Source: Candidatus Poribacteria bacterium
GTDB lineage: Bacteria; Poribacteria; WGA-4E; PCPOR2b
DNA length: 64,000 nucleotides
Direction: 5' to 3'
Assembly: GCA_965208325.1 (NCBI GenBank)
Contig: OZ242326.1
Coordinates: 4,480,001 to 4,544,000 of the forward strand
The position numbers were made by a program, and so were the translations under genes. Every line of letters starts with the position of its first letter. Position 1 is the first letter of the stretch. This document shows, one piece after another, positions 10,125-20,191 of this stretch. The notes below the pieces were generated by a model. The model was not told where the DNA came from. It made no database searches and saw only the letters and a program-made list of their open reading frames with translations.

Positions 10125-10319
10125 CTATTTGGCTAGTAATCGGTTTACCCGTTTCAAATTGGTTGAATCTACCAGGCTGCCCTTTCTGAGCCTGCGTTTG
10201 CGCTTACCCGATTTCGTTAGGAAGAGGTGGTTAGAAAAGGCTTTGAATCTCCGAATTTTACCGCTTCCTGAACGTTTAAACCGCTTTGCCGCGCCTTTAT
10301 GGGTTTTTATCTTTGGCAT
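10125..10319 (-). CDS. rpmI: 50S ribosomal protein L35
   Basis: MPKIKTHKGAAKRFK; located between infC and rplT. Confidence 0.98.
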   Translation of the reverse strand: MPKIKTHKGAAKRFKRSGSGKIRRFKAFSNHLFLTKSGKRKRRLRKGSLVDSTNLKRVNRLLAK

Positions 10320-10374
10320 TTGTCAGATCCTTCGGATGAGTGTTCAACTAAACTACTAAACGTCCGTACTCCCG

Positions 10375-10926
10375 CTACGACGATATTGGAGCGATAATTA
10401 TAAACATTGTCCTCGTTTCCATTCGAGGAGATTGCTCAACCTCCCCAACGTCTGCAAGGTTTTCGGCGAATTGCAGCAGCATTTTGCGGCCAAGGTCGGT
10501 GTGCATCATTTCACGCCCTTTGAATCGGACTGTGGTTTTAACTTTCCAGCCGTTCGTCAAGAATTCCCGGGCGTGGCGCGACTTGAAATCCAAGTCGTGA
10601 TCGCCGGTCCTCACAGAGTTAAATTTTATTTCTTTCAGGACAACCTTGGCTTGTTTCTTCTTCGCTTCTTTCGCGCGTTTGCTCTTCTCATACTGAAATT
10701 TCCCGTAATCCATTATCTTGCACACGGGCGGATCGGCATTGGGAGAAACTTCCACCAAATCAAGACCCTGTTCTCGAGCAATTTGCAACGCCTCGCGAGG
10801 CAACATCGTGCTGAGCTGCGTGTTGTCCGAGTCAATGACAAAAACCTGCCTGGCTCGGATTCGCTCATTCACTCTATTTTGTGGTTCCCGCTGCTTCCCT
10901 CGCCAACGATTGCCTCTTTTCTGAAT
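10375..10926 (-). CDS. infC: Translation initiation factor IF-3, probable ATT start
   Basis: NERIRA, LDLVEVSPNADPPVCKIMDYGKF, KEIKF, FKGRE; SD-like GGGGTG lies 6 nt before an in-frame ATT (10926-10924). Confidence 0.95.
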   Translation of the reverse strand: MQKRGNRWRGKQREPQNRVNERIRARQVFVIDSDNTQLSTMLPREALQIAREQGLDLVEVSPNADPPVCKIMDYGKFQYEKSKRAKEAKKKQAKVVLKEIKFNSVRTGDHDLDFKSRHAREFLTNGWKVKTTVRFKGREMMHTDLGRKMLLQFAENLADVGEVEQSPRMETRTMFIIIAPISS

Positions 10927-11100
10927 TTTATACACCCCCAGAGGTATGGTATGAATGAATCTTCGAAAAAATCACGCGTTGAACGCTGCATTCTTTGAAA
11001 CGCGGCTATGAGCCGCGGCGCGATTTACGGCAAATTTATGGATTTTAATGATTATAGCGTTCAATAGATGTCTGGATTGTAAAGGTAAAAGGTGGCGTTT

Positions 11101-11130
11101 ATTTTAGCACATCACAGTTGACAAATGCAA
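11101..11130 (-). promoter_or_regulatory. Candidate sigma70-type promoter for infC-rpmI-rplT
   Basis: TTGCAT-18 nt-TAAAAT with an extended -10 TG. Confidence 0.45.
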
Positions 11131-11253
11131 GGTAAAATCCTTATTTCACTATGTTCACGGCTAAGACACGATGCCCGCAAGGGGGGTTTTTGGAACGGAA
11201 ATTCCGTTTTCTGCACCCATTCTGTGATTGAACGACCGGCGGGCACTCGCTGG

Positions 11254-12258
11254 CTAACCGCAGTTGACGGGTTGTCCGGTTTCAACAGACTGGTACGCCG
11301 CTAGTGCAATTTCTACCGCAGCACGGCCGTCTTGCCCGGTGATTGGCGGCGTTGTATCGTTGAGTACCGCGTCGACAAAGGCTCGAATCTCGTGGCATAC
11401 CGGTTCTTCACCGTCAATTTCGGAGATTGGGGTGCTTATCTCGTCGCCTTCGAATGTCTTTATATGGATGGACACATCTTTTCCCCAAATATGCGGAAAA
11501 TAGATTGAGCCGTTTTCGCAATCGACGCGCCCGCCGTATCCGCCGATAGCGGAGACTTGGCTTGAGTGAAGCAGGCCGACGCCGCCGTTCTCGAATGATA
11601 AAGAAGCGAGCACGACATCGGGGTAGTCGGCTTCACGCTGAACGTATGTACCGCCAATGGCGTAGACGGTTTTGACTTCTCCGCATGTCCACCGCATGAA
11701 ATCAATCTCGTGCGTGCTAATTTCCATGAGGCTTCCGCCCGACTTTTCGCGCTGCAACCGCCAGTGCGTCGCATAATCGCCGCGGTGCCATGGACCTCCA
11801 ATCCGATGTATCATCATGCAAACTGGTTTACCCAGTTGCCCGCTGCGAACGATTTCACGTACCTTTGAGTGAGTGGCGTGGTATCGGCAGACCAACCCAA
11901 TCGTCAACTTCACGCCGTTCCGCTGAGCGGCTTGAATCATCGCATCACAGTCTTCCAGCGTGGGCGCCATCGGTTTCTCGGAGAACACGTGCTTTCCGGC
12001 GTTTGCGGCGTCCACAGCCATTTGGCGGTGCATGAACGGCGGTGATGCAATAAACACGCCATGTATGCGTCCATCTGCCAGCAGGTCGTGGTAATCGAGA
12101 TAGTATTCTGCATTAACCTCCGCCGCCAGCTTCTTGGCGCGAGGCTCATCCAGATCGCTGACTCGCAGTACCTCGACATGCTCAAGCGCCTGCGCGCTAT
12201 GCGCAAGGCTTCTTCCCATAATACCGCAACCAATCACACCAACTCCAAATTTGTCCAT
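11254..12258 (-). CDS. Gfo/Idh/MocA family oxidoreductase
   Basis: GVIGCGIMG, GKHVFSEKP, GGSLMEISTHEID; start likely MDKFG at 12258. Confidence 0.92.
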   Translation of the reverse strand: MDKFGVGVIGCGIMGRSLAHSAQALEHVEVLRVSDLDEPRAKKLAAEVNAEYYLDYHDLLADGRIHGVFIASPPFMHRQMAVDAANAGKHVFSEKPMAPTLEDCDAMIQAAQRNGVKLTIGLVCRYHATHSKVREIVRSGQLGKPVCMMIHRIGGPWHRGDYATHWRLQREKSGGSLMEISTHEIDFMRWTCGEVKTVYAIGGTYVQREADYPDVVLASLSFENGGVGLLHSSQVSAIGGYGGRVDCENGSIYFPHIWGKDVSIHIKTFEGDEISTPISEIDGEEPVCHEIRAFVDAVLNDTTPPITGQDGRAAVEIALAAYQSVETGQPVNCG

Positions 12259-13200
12259 AAAGTGCCCTTCTACGCTCAACGCAATTAGTTTTCCAAGAGT
12301 ATAACACAATTGAGATGAAAAGCGAGTCTTATCTGTTCTGAAAACGGCAGCTAACGCCGGGTATCATTTTTGCCACAGTTCAACGCATCCTTACCACACT
12401 TTTTGACCCGAATGGTGAAACCTACGCTCGCAGACGCTAGACCCATCGTAGGCGGGGCATCTTGCCCCGCATTGGCAGTTATCTGTTCAACCCAACCTAT
12501 AATAAAAACTATTTTGAGCGTTTCGACATTTGGTGCCGTCAATTCGATAAACGCTGTAAGAATTGGGCATACCGACAACACCTGAAATTATATACCTGTC
12601 GCCCCGCTGGGGCGTGATAGTGGTGAGATTCGGCGTTTCTATACACCTGCCGCCCCGTTGGGGCTGAATAGGTTTTGTAGGTTGGGTTGAGCGACTAATC
12701 GCAAAATCGTTTCGGTGTCCGTACCTCGTCCAATTTCCGCTGCGATGACGTTGAAGAAAATGCAAAGCGATCAAGCGACTGAATAAGGAGTGCGATAGTT
12801 TTCCTGTAGCTCAACCCAACGCTTTTTGGTTTTATCGAGGAGTCACGTCTTTGGTAGATGTGTGAATTATCCTAAGAGCGTTGCCTTGGAGCCCCAGCGG
12901 GGATCTTCAAGCGTATGTAGCAATGTATAGGCGACCCGACATTTAAGGGAATATTTCCGCGATTTTTATTGAAACTTGTTGCAAAATATAGGGTATAATT
13001 TTACAATGGGGCGAACCGCCGCAGCGAAGTGCGTTAGATTGAACCGCGATCGGCTACCTGCGCAAATTAATACGGGAAAGATTTTGGCATATCACTTGCT
13101 ATAACTATTTTGACCAAATATTAATCACTTACTCATTACGCATTACTCATTAATGTTTAAGTTACTGTTGATTGACCCAGAGCAAAAGGAGGAACCTACA

Positions 13201-14001
13201 ATGAAATTGATCGGGTTACAAATCATCGGTCTTTGTCTCGCCGTTTTCCTGTTCGTGGAATTCACCGCATCGGGCAATGCAAAAGTCGGAGCAATTCAAA
13301 TTGAGCTGTCGGGATACGTCAGCAATGACGATGCGCGGCAGATTCGGCGATTGTTAAAGCCGTGGGCGGATCCGGAAAATGTGGTGTTTAAACCTGCGTT
13401 CGACAAAGAGAAACGTAAACGCCATTTCTCAACTGTGGTCGAAATTACCCCGCGATGGGGCAAAAACAGTTATACCGAGAGCCACACTTTTGACATTTAC
13501 AACATTATGCGGCAACTGAACGACCAGCGTTTCCGGGGAAGCCAGATTGGGCCGCGTCCGTGGGTTTCGAAAACCGAAGCCACAGTGTCGGGAGATCTCA
13601 TCGCCTATCATGGATGGTCGCGCAGCCATATCCGAGACGTTCCGAATTGGAGGCGTTGGCGTGAGCACACATCAGAGATCGGTCATGCGTTGTATACGGA
13701 CCGTGCAAATGAGAAGGTTGTATTTAGCAGTAACGACAAGTTCGATGAGTTAAGGCGTGAAGTCAGTAAAGGTGTAGATGAAGGTAAACGTGATCCGGCT
13801 GTTGAGGTCGAGGGCAAGATTGTGGGATTCGACGGCCCCTTCCCTGTGATGTCAATCCGCAAATTTCGCGTGGACTACAAGATTGAAATGCAATCGGGAG
13901 ACAAGGGGAGAAAACAGAAGGACGAGTCCTATGATTATTTGGAGGAATCCTTACCGGAATCGGATGAAATGCCTGAAGATGAGTCGGAGAACGGTAAATA
14001 A
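13201..14001 (+). CDS. Hypothetical exported protein with acidic C-terminus
   Basis: AAGGAGG RBS before ATG 13201; signal peptide MKLIGLQIIGLCLAVFLF; no family recognised. Confidence 0.75.
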   Translation: MKLIGLQIIGLCLAVFLFVEFTASGNAKVGAIQIELSGYVSNDDARQIRRLLKPWADPENVVFKPAFDKEKRKRHFSTVVEITPRWGKNSYTESHTFDIYNIMRQLNDQRFRGSQIGPRPWVSKTEATVSGDLIAYHGWSRSHIRDVPNWRRWREHTSEIGHALYTDRANEKVVFSSNDKFDELRREVSKGVDEGKRDPAVEVEGKIVGFDGPFPVMSIRKFRVDYKIEMQSGDKGRKQKDESYDYLEESLPESDEMPEDESENGK

Positions 14002-14134
14002 CAAGTTCTTGTAGGATCAACCGGCTGAATAAGGAGTGCGATAATTTTCCTGAATAGTCTTCACAAGTTTTGTAGGTAAGGAGATTCGGTTCGGCGAATT
14101 GGAATGATAACGCTGCCGATAATTCAGGTTTTAA

Positions 14135-14171
14135 AGGGAGCGGCACCGCCAGGTGTCTCTCCCTTTTTTTT
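14135..14171 (+). terminator. Rho-independent terminator
   Basis: AGGGAG-CGGCACC...GGTGTCT-CTCCCT stem followed by a T run. Confidence 0.6.
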
Positions 14172-15265
14172 CAGCGTAAAATCAGGAAAGAAACGCAATG
14201 GAAAATGGGTAATTTCCGGTCGAGCCGATGTTGGTGGTTACCTTTTATTGAATTGCACCGGCCCGCTTGTGGTGCGGGTTCATTGAAATCGTGAGGTAAC
14301 CAAAAGGTAACCAAGAAAAAAGATCTGTGAGTCTTTTGAGGGGATTGAAATGCTAATATTTTAGCATAGTTTATAGGGGTGATTTAAAACATTCACTGGC
14401 AGTGAATCGGAAAGAATTTTATCGCAATCGAGAGGCGAAATGGGCGGGAATTTAGCCAGGAACCAATTATCAGTCAATGCGAACGCACAAACGCTAAAGG
14501 GCGCTGTGAAAATTCATCCCCGCGTGAAGGGCGGCGGATTACCCTAAGAATTTGCGGAAACGAGGGAATTTCAACCTCGCGCCATGTGGGTTGATTTTAA
14601 CGGCCGAACAAAGCACAATCAAGCGAGCGAATAGCCGGCGCGATAGTCTTCCCAAGTTAAATCCTCCGCCTTGAGAAAACTTACAATTGCCCGCAAGTCC
14701 GCAAATTCGGGGAGCGTACGGGTTTTCTCCCTTCATTCTTGACGTAACCATGCTGTAAAACACCTGTGGGAAGGGCTTCCTAGCCCTGATTATCGGGACA
14801 GGGATGTCCCTCCCACAGTATTTGTAGGTTGGGTTGAGCGAACCACTGACCGAACAGCGAAGGATCAAGCGACTGAACAAGGAGTGCGATAGTTCTGCTA
14901 TAGTCTTCTGCGTAACCCAACGTATTTTGGTCATTGGAAAGTGTTTGGTATATCCGAACTGCTTCCGAGCAATGAAAAAGCGTTGGGTTACGCTCCATGT
15001 GATGAGCCAAGGGCGTCGGTTGGTGTATTGAACGGTTATTGGCATAGGAACGGATTTGGGATTACCCGCTTAACCCAACCTACAAGAACTTTAAGGATTG
15101 GCGGCGGTGTCTTCGTCCACTTGAGGATTGGACAGAATTCGCAGAGTTCGCTTTCACAGAAGTTATTCAGATGGTGGAAGTCGAATTTCTCGGCTGGTCG
15201 GTGGACAAATGCAACGCGGCGGCGGGGATTGGCGGTAGGGTGTATTACTGGTAGGCTTTACGAAG

Positions 15266-16996
15266 TCATGAGGGTTTCTGCGATTTTTGAATTTTTGCCC
15301 ACGTGTCGCGCAATGATACCGTGCGGTTGAAAACGAGTTTGCCGCTGGACGTGTCATGGTCCACGTAGAAATAGCCCTGTCTTAGGAACTGGTAATGGCT
15401 TCCCGGCACCGCGCCCGCTAAGCTGGATTCGACGCGGCATGAACTCAATACCCTCAACGAATCCGGATTCAGATTGGCTTTGAAATCGGAACCCTCCTCA
15501 ACATCGTCCGGGTCCGGTTTCACAAAGAGGTGGTCGTACAGACGCACCTCGGCTGGGTGTGAATGGGGCGCCGAAACCCAGTGCAGCGTGCCTCTAACCT
15601 TTCGCCCGTCTTCGGACCAGCCGCCCCGCGTCTCAGGGTCGTACGTGCAGTGCAACTCGACCACTTCTCCATGCTCGTCCTTGACGGCACGCTCGCACGT
15701 GATATAGTACGCATGTTTCAGCCGCACCTCGCGCCCCGGCGCCAATCGGAAGTACTTTCTCGGCGGGTCTTCTATGAAATCACCCCGTTCGATGTAGAGT
15801 TCGCGTGAAAAGTGAATCTTTCGTGTTCCGGCGTTAGGCTCCTCCGGGTTGTTGTCCGCATCTAACGCTTCCACTTTTCCCTCCGGATAGTTGTCGATAA
15901 TCACTTTAAGCGGCGACAACACCGCCATCACACGCGGTGCGCGTTGGTTCAAGTCTTGGCGAACGCAATACTCAAGCAGCGCAATATCAACCAAATTGTC
16001 GGCTTTGGCGATACCGATCCGATTACAGAAATCTCGAATCGACTCCGGCGTGTAGCCGCGACGGCGCAGTCCGGACAACGTCGGCATCCGCGGATCGTCC
16101 CACCCGTTGACATAGCCTTCGTCGACCAGTTGGATTAACTTTCGCTTTGCGAGCACGGTGTAGCTGACATTGAGGCGGGCGAACTCGACCTGCTGCGGAT
16201 GATAGATGTCGAGCTGGTCGAGGAACCAGTCGTATAAGGGGCGGTTGTTTTCAAATTCGAGTGAACAGAGCGAATGCGTGATGCCTTCAATTGAATCGGA
16301 GATGCAATGCGTAAAGTCGTACATCGGATAGATGCACCACGTATCGCCCGTTTCATGGTGGGACGCATATAGAATGCGGTACATGACCGGATCCCGCATG
16401 ACCAAATTCGGAGATGACATATCGATTTTAGCGCGAAGTGTGCGAGAGCCTTCCTCAAATTCGCCGGCACGCATACCCGCAAATAGGTCGAGGTTCTCTT
16501 CGACGGAACGGTTGCGGTTAGGGCTTTCCAACCCCGGCTCCGTCAAGGTGCCGCGGTACTTTCCGTATCGAATCTCCTCCGGACTCAGGTCACAGACAAA
16601 TGCCACACCTTTTTTGATTAGCTGCACGGCATATCCATAGAGTTGCTCAAAATAGTCCGATGCGTTGTATTCCCGATCTTCCCAGTCGAAACCGAGCCAT
16701 CGAATGTCGTCTTTAATGGATTCCACAAATTCGACATCTTCTTTGGTGGGATTGGTGTCATCGAACCGCAGATTGTAAAGGCCGCCGTAATCTTCTGCGA
16801 TACCGAAGTTGATACAGATGGCTTTGGCACTGCCCAGATGGATATAGCCGTTGGGTTCCGGCGGGAATCGTGTATGAACCCGTCCGCCGTACTTGTTTGT
16901 CCGCGCGTCTTCATTGATAATCTGCCGGATGAAGTCGGTGGGTTGGGTAGTATCGGTCGAAATTGTATTCACTCGCTCCTCTACATTTTTCTTCAT
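15266..16996 (-). CDS. glnS: Glutamine-tRNA ligase
   Basis: [45 protein letters not shown]. Confidence 0.97.
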   Translation of the reverse strand: MKKNVEERVNTISTDTTQPTDFIRQIINEDARTNKYGGRVHTRFPPEPNGYIHLGSAKAICINFGIAEDYGGLYNLRFDDTNPTKEDVEFVESIKDDIRWLGFDWEDREYNASDYFEQLYGYAVQLIKKGVAFVCDLSPEEIRYGKYRGTLTEPGLESPNRNRSVEENLDLFAGMRAGEFEEGSRTLRAKIDMSSPNLVMRDPVMYRILYASHHETGDTWCIYPMYDFTHCISDSIEGITHSLCSLEFENNRPLYDWFLDQLDIYHPQQVEFARLNVSYTVLAKRKLIQLVDEGYVNGWDDPRMPTLSGLRRRGYTPESIRDFCNRIGIAKADNLVDIALLEYCVRQDLNQRAPRVMAVLSPLKVIIDNYPEGKVEALDADNNPEEPNAGTRKIHFSRELYIERGDFIEDPPRKYFRLAPGREVRLKHAYYITCERAVKDEHGEVVELHCTYDPETRGGWSEDGRKVRGTLHWVSAPHSHPAEVRLYDHLFVKPDPDDVEEGSDFKANLNPDSLRVLSSCRVESSLAGAVPGSHYQFLRQGYFYVDHDTSSGKLVFNRTVSLRDTWAKIQKSQKPS

Positions 16997-17009
16997 TTAT
17001 TATCATTAA

Positions 17010-17168
17010 AGGACTTACGCGATAAGTTCATAAGTCCCCCTGATAAGGGATCAAGCGACTGAATAAGGAGCGCGATAGTATTCCTATAGTCTCAGGGGGT
17101 TGAAAACACTGCAATAACGACTATTTAAGTCCAATAGTTCCTTTTTCTGCTCAATTTGCGTAAGTCCT
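17010..17168. mobile_element. MITE-like element with AGGACTTACGC terminal inverted repeats
   Basis: AGGACTTACGC at 17010 and GCGTAAGTCCT ending at 17168; contains a REP interrupted by the ~32-bp unit. Confidence 0.65.
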
Positions 17169-17257
17169 GCATAATCTGCCGCTATTCTTGTGGTTTTCGC
17201 ATAGCCTGAACACGAACTCTAGTCCTAATTGAACTTTCAATGCGAGCCTGCGCCGAC

Positions 17258-18124
17258 TTAATTCGACTGAAGCAACTTTATGACTTTTTGCGCACTCGCT
17301 GATTTTCTGGTGTCTGAGGAGTCCGGCCCGTTCTTATTGAGGGTTTCCAACGATTCAGGGGTGCCAATCCTTCGCAGCGCGGCAGCCGCTGTAATCCGTA
17401 CTTCGGCGCATTCGTGATGGAGGTGGGTTTTTAGCGCCTCAACCAATTCCAGCACGGAATTCGAATGCGCGGCTTTCGTCGCGTTGATGTGGATGCAGCG
17501 CCGATAGCCCTTGCTGCCTAACGCGGCGTGGAACAGCTTGTGGTTCATGAAGATTACATCTCCCGGCGTGTTCACAATCGGATACCTGCCCGGCACGTCT
17601 TCCGGACGTATGTTCAATGATCGGATTGCATTCAAAATTTGTCCGTCCCGGTCGCGCGCCAGCGCCTGGCGGTACGCCGCAAAATGGCTGCCCGGAATCA
17701 CGTTAAGGCATCCATCTTCACTTCCGAGATGATCGAGATAGATATGGGCTCTCATTGTGAAAAAGCCGTCCGGGGCGATGTTGTCGTGGTGCCAGGCGGT
17801 ATCTCCCGTATGCAGGATGCCTTCGCTTGCGGGCAGGATGAAATCGTCGCCGAGTAGATGCCTGAAAATGTCGACAAATCTCTGATCGGTCAATAGGGGA
17901 TAGAACACATCAGGATTGAGGTCGAAGAACGGGACAAACGGGTCGATCAGGTAATTGACCTGCTGTCTTTTATCACCGTGTTCGGGCGGCGGCGCACCAT
18001 CACGCGCGGCTTTCATCGCCGAGTCGAAGGCGTCTGAAAGCACTCGGGTTTCGTGCGGCGAGAAAAACCCCTTGCAATGGATAAAGCCGAACGTCTGAAA
18101 CTGGTTGATAAGCGCTTGATTCAT
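17258..18124 (-). CDS. PhyH (phytanoyl-CoA dioxygenase) family protein with C-terminal HEAT-like repeat
   Basis: WHHD (HxD), GCLNVIPGSH, distal His in KLFHAA; tail EVRITAAAALRRIGTPESL. Confidence 0.88.
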   Translation of the reverse strand: MNQALINQFQTFGFIHCKGFFSPHETRVLSDAFDSAMKAARDGAPPPEHGDKRQQVNYLIDPFVPFFDLNPDVFYPLLTDQRFVDIFRHLLGDDFILPASEGILHTGDTAWHHDNIAPDGFFTMRAHIYLDHLGSEDGCLNVIPGSHFAAYRQALARDRDGQILNAIRSLNIRPEDVPGRYPIVNTPGDVIFMNHKLFHAALGSKGYRRCIHINATKAAHSNSVLELVEALKTHLHHECAEVRITAAAALRRIGTPESLETLNKNGPDSSDTRKSASAQKVIKLLQSN

Positions 18125-18326
18125 GAACTACTTCCTCAATTGTATCTTTCATGGCATTTATCAGATTGGGGCGTGGCTTTCGAAAGCCGCAACCTACAAA
18201 CATTCTCCCCTTTTACAAGGGGGAGTCAGAGGGGGTACATCCCAAACCACGCAAGGCGAACTATGCTTTTTTGTCTCGTAATGGCTTTTTGAGTGTTTTA
18301 GTCCTAACCCGATAACTCCGTTTTTC

Positions 18327-18722
18327 TTAATCGTACTTAATGAGTTGAATTTTGAGCTTGTTCGGTGTAAACAGATGCGCCAACCGGCAACCGCTAGAAT
18401 GGATTTTTTTGAATTGGAAATTCCCTTTACCGACATCAGTTGGCTCGTCGCCGACTTCCAGCCCCTGCGATTTTAGTCTATCGAATGCCGCATCCACATC
18501 GTCCACTTCAAAAGTGATGTGATCCAGTTCTCCGGATGTGCCGTCGGGTTTTAAGATTAGCTCCAATCTGTGGCCTGTATGGACATCTTCAACAAAGGCG
18601 ACCTCTTGAATCTCGCCCACGCCCGGATGGCGAAGGATAAACTTCATCCCCAGGAACTCGCAGAAGGTCTCGATAGCCTTGTCCATATCGTTGACGATGA
18701 TTGCGTGGTGATGCAGTTTCAT
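18327..18722 (-). CDS. VOC/glyoxalase family protein
   Basis: LHHHAIIVNDMDKA...LELI...LDHITFEVDDVD. Confidence 0.88.
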   Translation of the reverse strand: MKLHHHAIIVNDMDKAIETFCEFLGMKFILRHPGVGEIQEVAFVEDVHTGHRLELILKPDGTSGELDHITFEVDDVDAAFDRLKSQGLEVGDEPTDVGKGNFQFKKIHSSGCRLAHLFTPNKLKIQLIKYD

Positions 18723-19088
18723 ATATAATCACTCTCCCATGCTATTATATCACGGTTACGAAAAAGTTGACAGATTAAACATGGGATATTTTAGCGCGGC
18801 GATAGTAAGGAGGAGAAAGAATGTCCGTTGGATCGATTGAAGATGGGGCGAGTGGGTTGTCGAAACTCAAGGTACAAGCACTAGGAAGAACCATAAAAAC
18901 TATCGTCTTTGCTATCCACTCAGTTGATCCGCCTTGGTGAGGAGGGGAATTTTATTCATCCGCAACTCTGATGTTGGTGTGGAAAAGTTGGAACTTAGAG
19001 AAGAAGTTGGACCGTGCCTGGATGGATTTGATTCGATATGTCTTGAATCTATATGTTCAGCAAGTTATTATAATTACTTAACTTTTTT

Positions 19089-19237
19089 TAGGAGTTACGC
19101 AGTTGAACGAATAAAGGTTTGTAGTAGAGCCATTTATTGCCCGTTTTTGCACACAAAATATGTCAGGTTAAGGAAGTGAAAGACCTGCCGGACGCGCAAT
19201 AAATTGCGCTACTACAAACTGAACTGCGTAAGTCCTA
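19089..19237. mobile_element. MITE-like element (same TIR family as 17010) with internal GTAGTAG REP pair
   Basis: TAGGAGTTACGCAGTT ... AACTGCGTAAGTCCTA (15/16 inverted match); internal GTAGTAGAGCCATTTATTG / CAATAAATTGCGCTACTAC. Confidence 0.72.
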
Positions 19238-19320
19238 TTCTTGAACGAAATTTGAAGATTGTACAAAAATGTAATGGGGAATCCACAGTTTTTATGACCT
19301 TATGAGGAGGCTGCACTACT

Positions 19321-20157
19321 ATGAACACGCTGAAAACCGGTTTCCTGCTGACTGCTTTAACGGTGCTAGTGATGTTTATCGGGAGTATGTTTGGTGAGGG
19401 CGGAATGATTATTGCGCTCATGTTTGCAGTTGTAATGAACATCGGTTCCTACTGGTTTAGCGATAGAATTGTCCTGAAGATGTATAAGGCGCAGGAGGTC
19501 GGATCGAACAGCGAATTGTACCGAATGGTAGAGGCACAGGCGCAGCGAGCTGGATTGCCGATGCCGCGCGTCTATGTGATTCCAACCGATTCGCCAAACG
19601 CTTTTGCGACGGGTAGAAATCCGAATAATTCGGCGGTGGCTGCAACGCAAGGAATTATGCGGCTGTTGTCGCGAGAAGAGCTCGCCGGCGTCATTGGACA
19701 CGAACTTGCACACATTAAACACCGCGATATCCTGATTTGCAGTATCGTTGCTACCATGGCCGGAGCGATTATGATGCTTGCTTCCATGGCGCAGTGGGCT
19801 GCAATATTCGGCGGCTTTAGAGGCGATGACGAAGACGACGGAGGCGGCGGCATCTTTGGTTTTCTTTTCATGGTTATTGTGGCGCCGATTGCCGCGATGA
19901 TCATCCAATTTGCTATCTCCCGTTCTCGTGAATATGCTGCCGATCGAGGCGGCGCGGAGATTTGCGGGAACCCGAATGCGCTCGCTCGCGCCCTTCGCAA
20001 ACTTGAGCGCGGCGTCGAAATGTCGCCGATGGAAACTAACGCCGCCACTTCCCACCTTTTCATTGCGAATCCACTGCGCGGCGGGTTCGCAAAGCTCTTC
20101 AGCACGCATCCGCCAATGGAGGAACGCATCCGCCGCCTTGAGGCGATGCGGCGTTAA
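19321..20157 (+). CDS. htpX: Zinc metalloprotease HtpX
   Basis: [40 protein letters not shown]. Confidence 0.97.
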   Translation: MNTLKTGFLLTALTVLVMFIGSMFGEGGMIIALMFAVVMNIGSYWFSDRIVLKMYKAQEVGSNSELYRMVEAQAQRAGLPMPRVYVIPTDSPNAFATGRNPNNSAVAATQGIMRLLSREELAGVIGHELAHIKHRDILICSIVATMAGAIMMLASMAQWAAIFGGFRGDDEDDGGGGIFGFLFMVIVAPIAAMIIQFAISRSREYAADRGGAEICGNPNALARALRKLERGVEMSPMETNAATSHLFIANPLRGGFAKLFSTHPPMEERIRRLEAMRR

Positions 20158-20191
20158 TTGCGCTGCCGCGTAAAAAAACGGAGGGGTTGGT

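Noticed and set aside
14391..14407. tRNA-Ala gene
   Set aside because: Only an anticodon-arm-like palindrome; no D arm, T arm (GGTTCGA) or acceptor stem
18821..18940. 39-aa ORF after a strong AAGGAGG RBS
   Set aside because: Runs into a dispersed repeat and has no recognisable motif; probably a gene remnant
19366..20129. Long antisense ORFs over htpX (and similar shadow ORFs over pheT, glnS, eno and the helicase)
   Set aside because: They overlap well-supported genes on the opposite strand and have no family motifs
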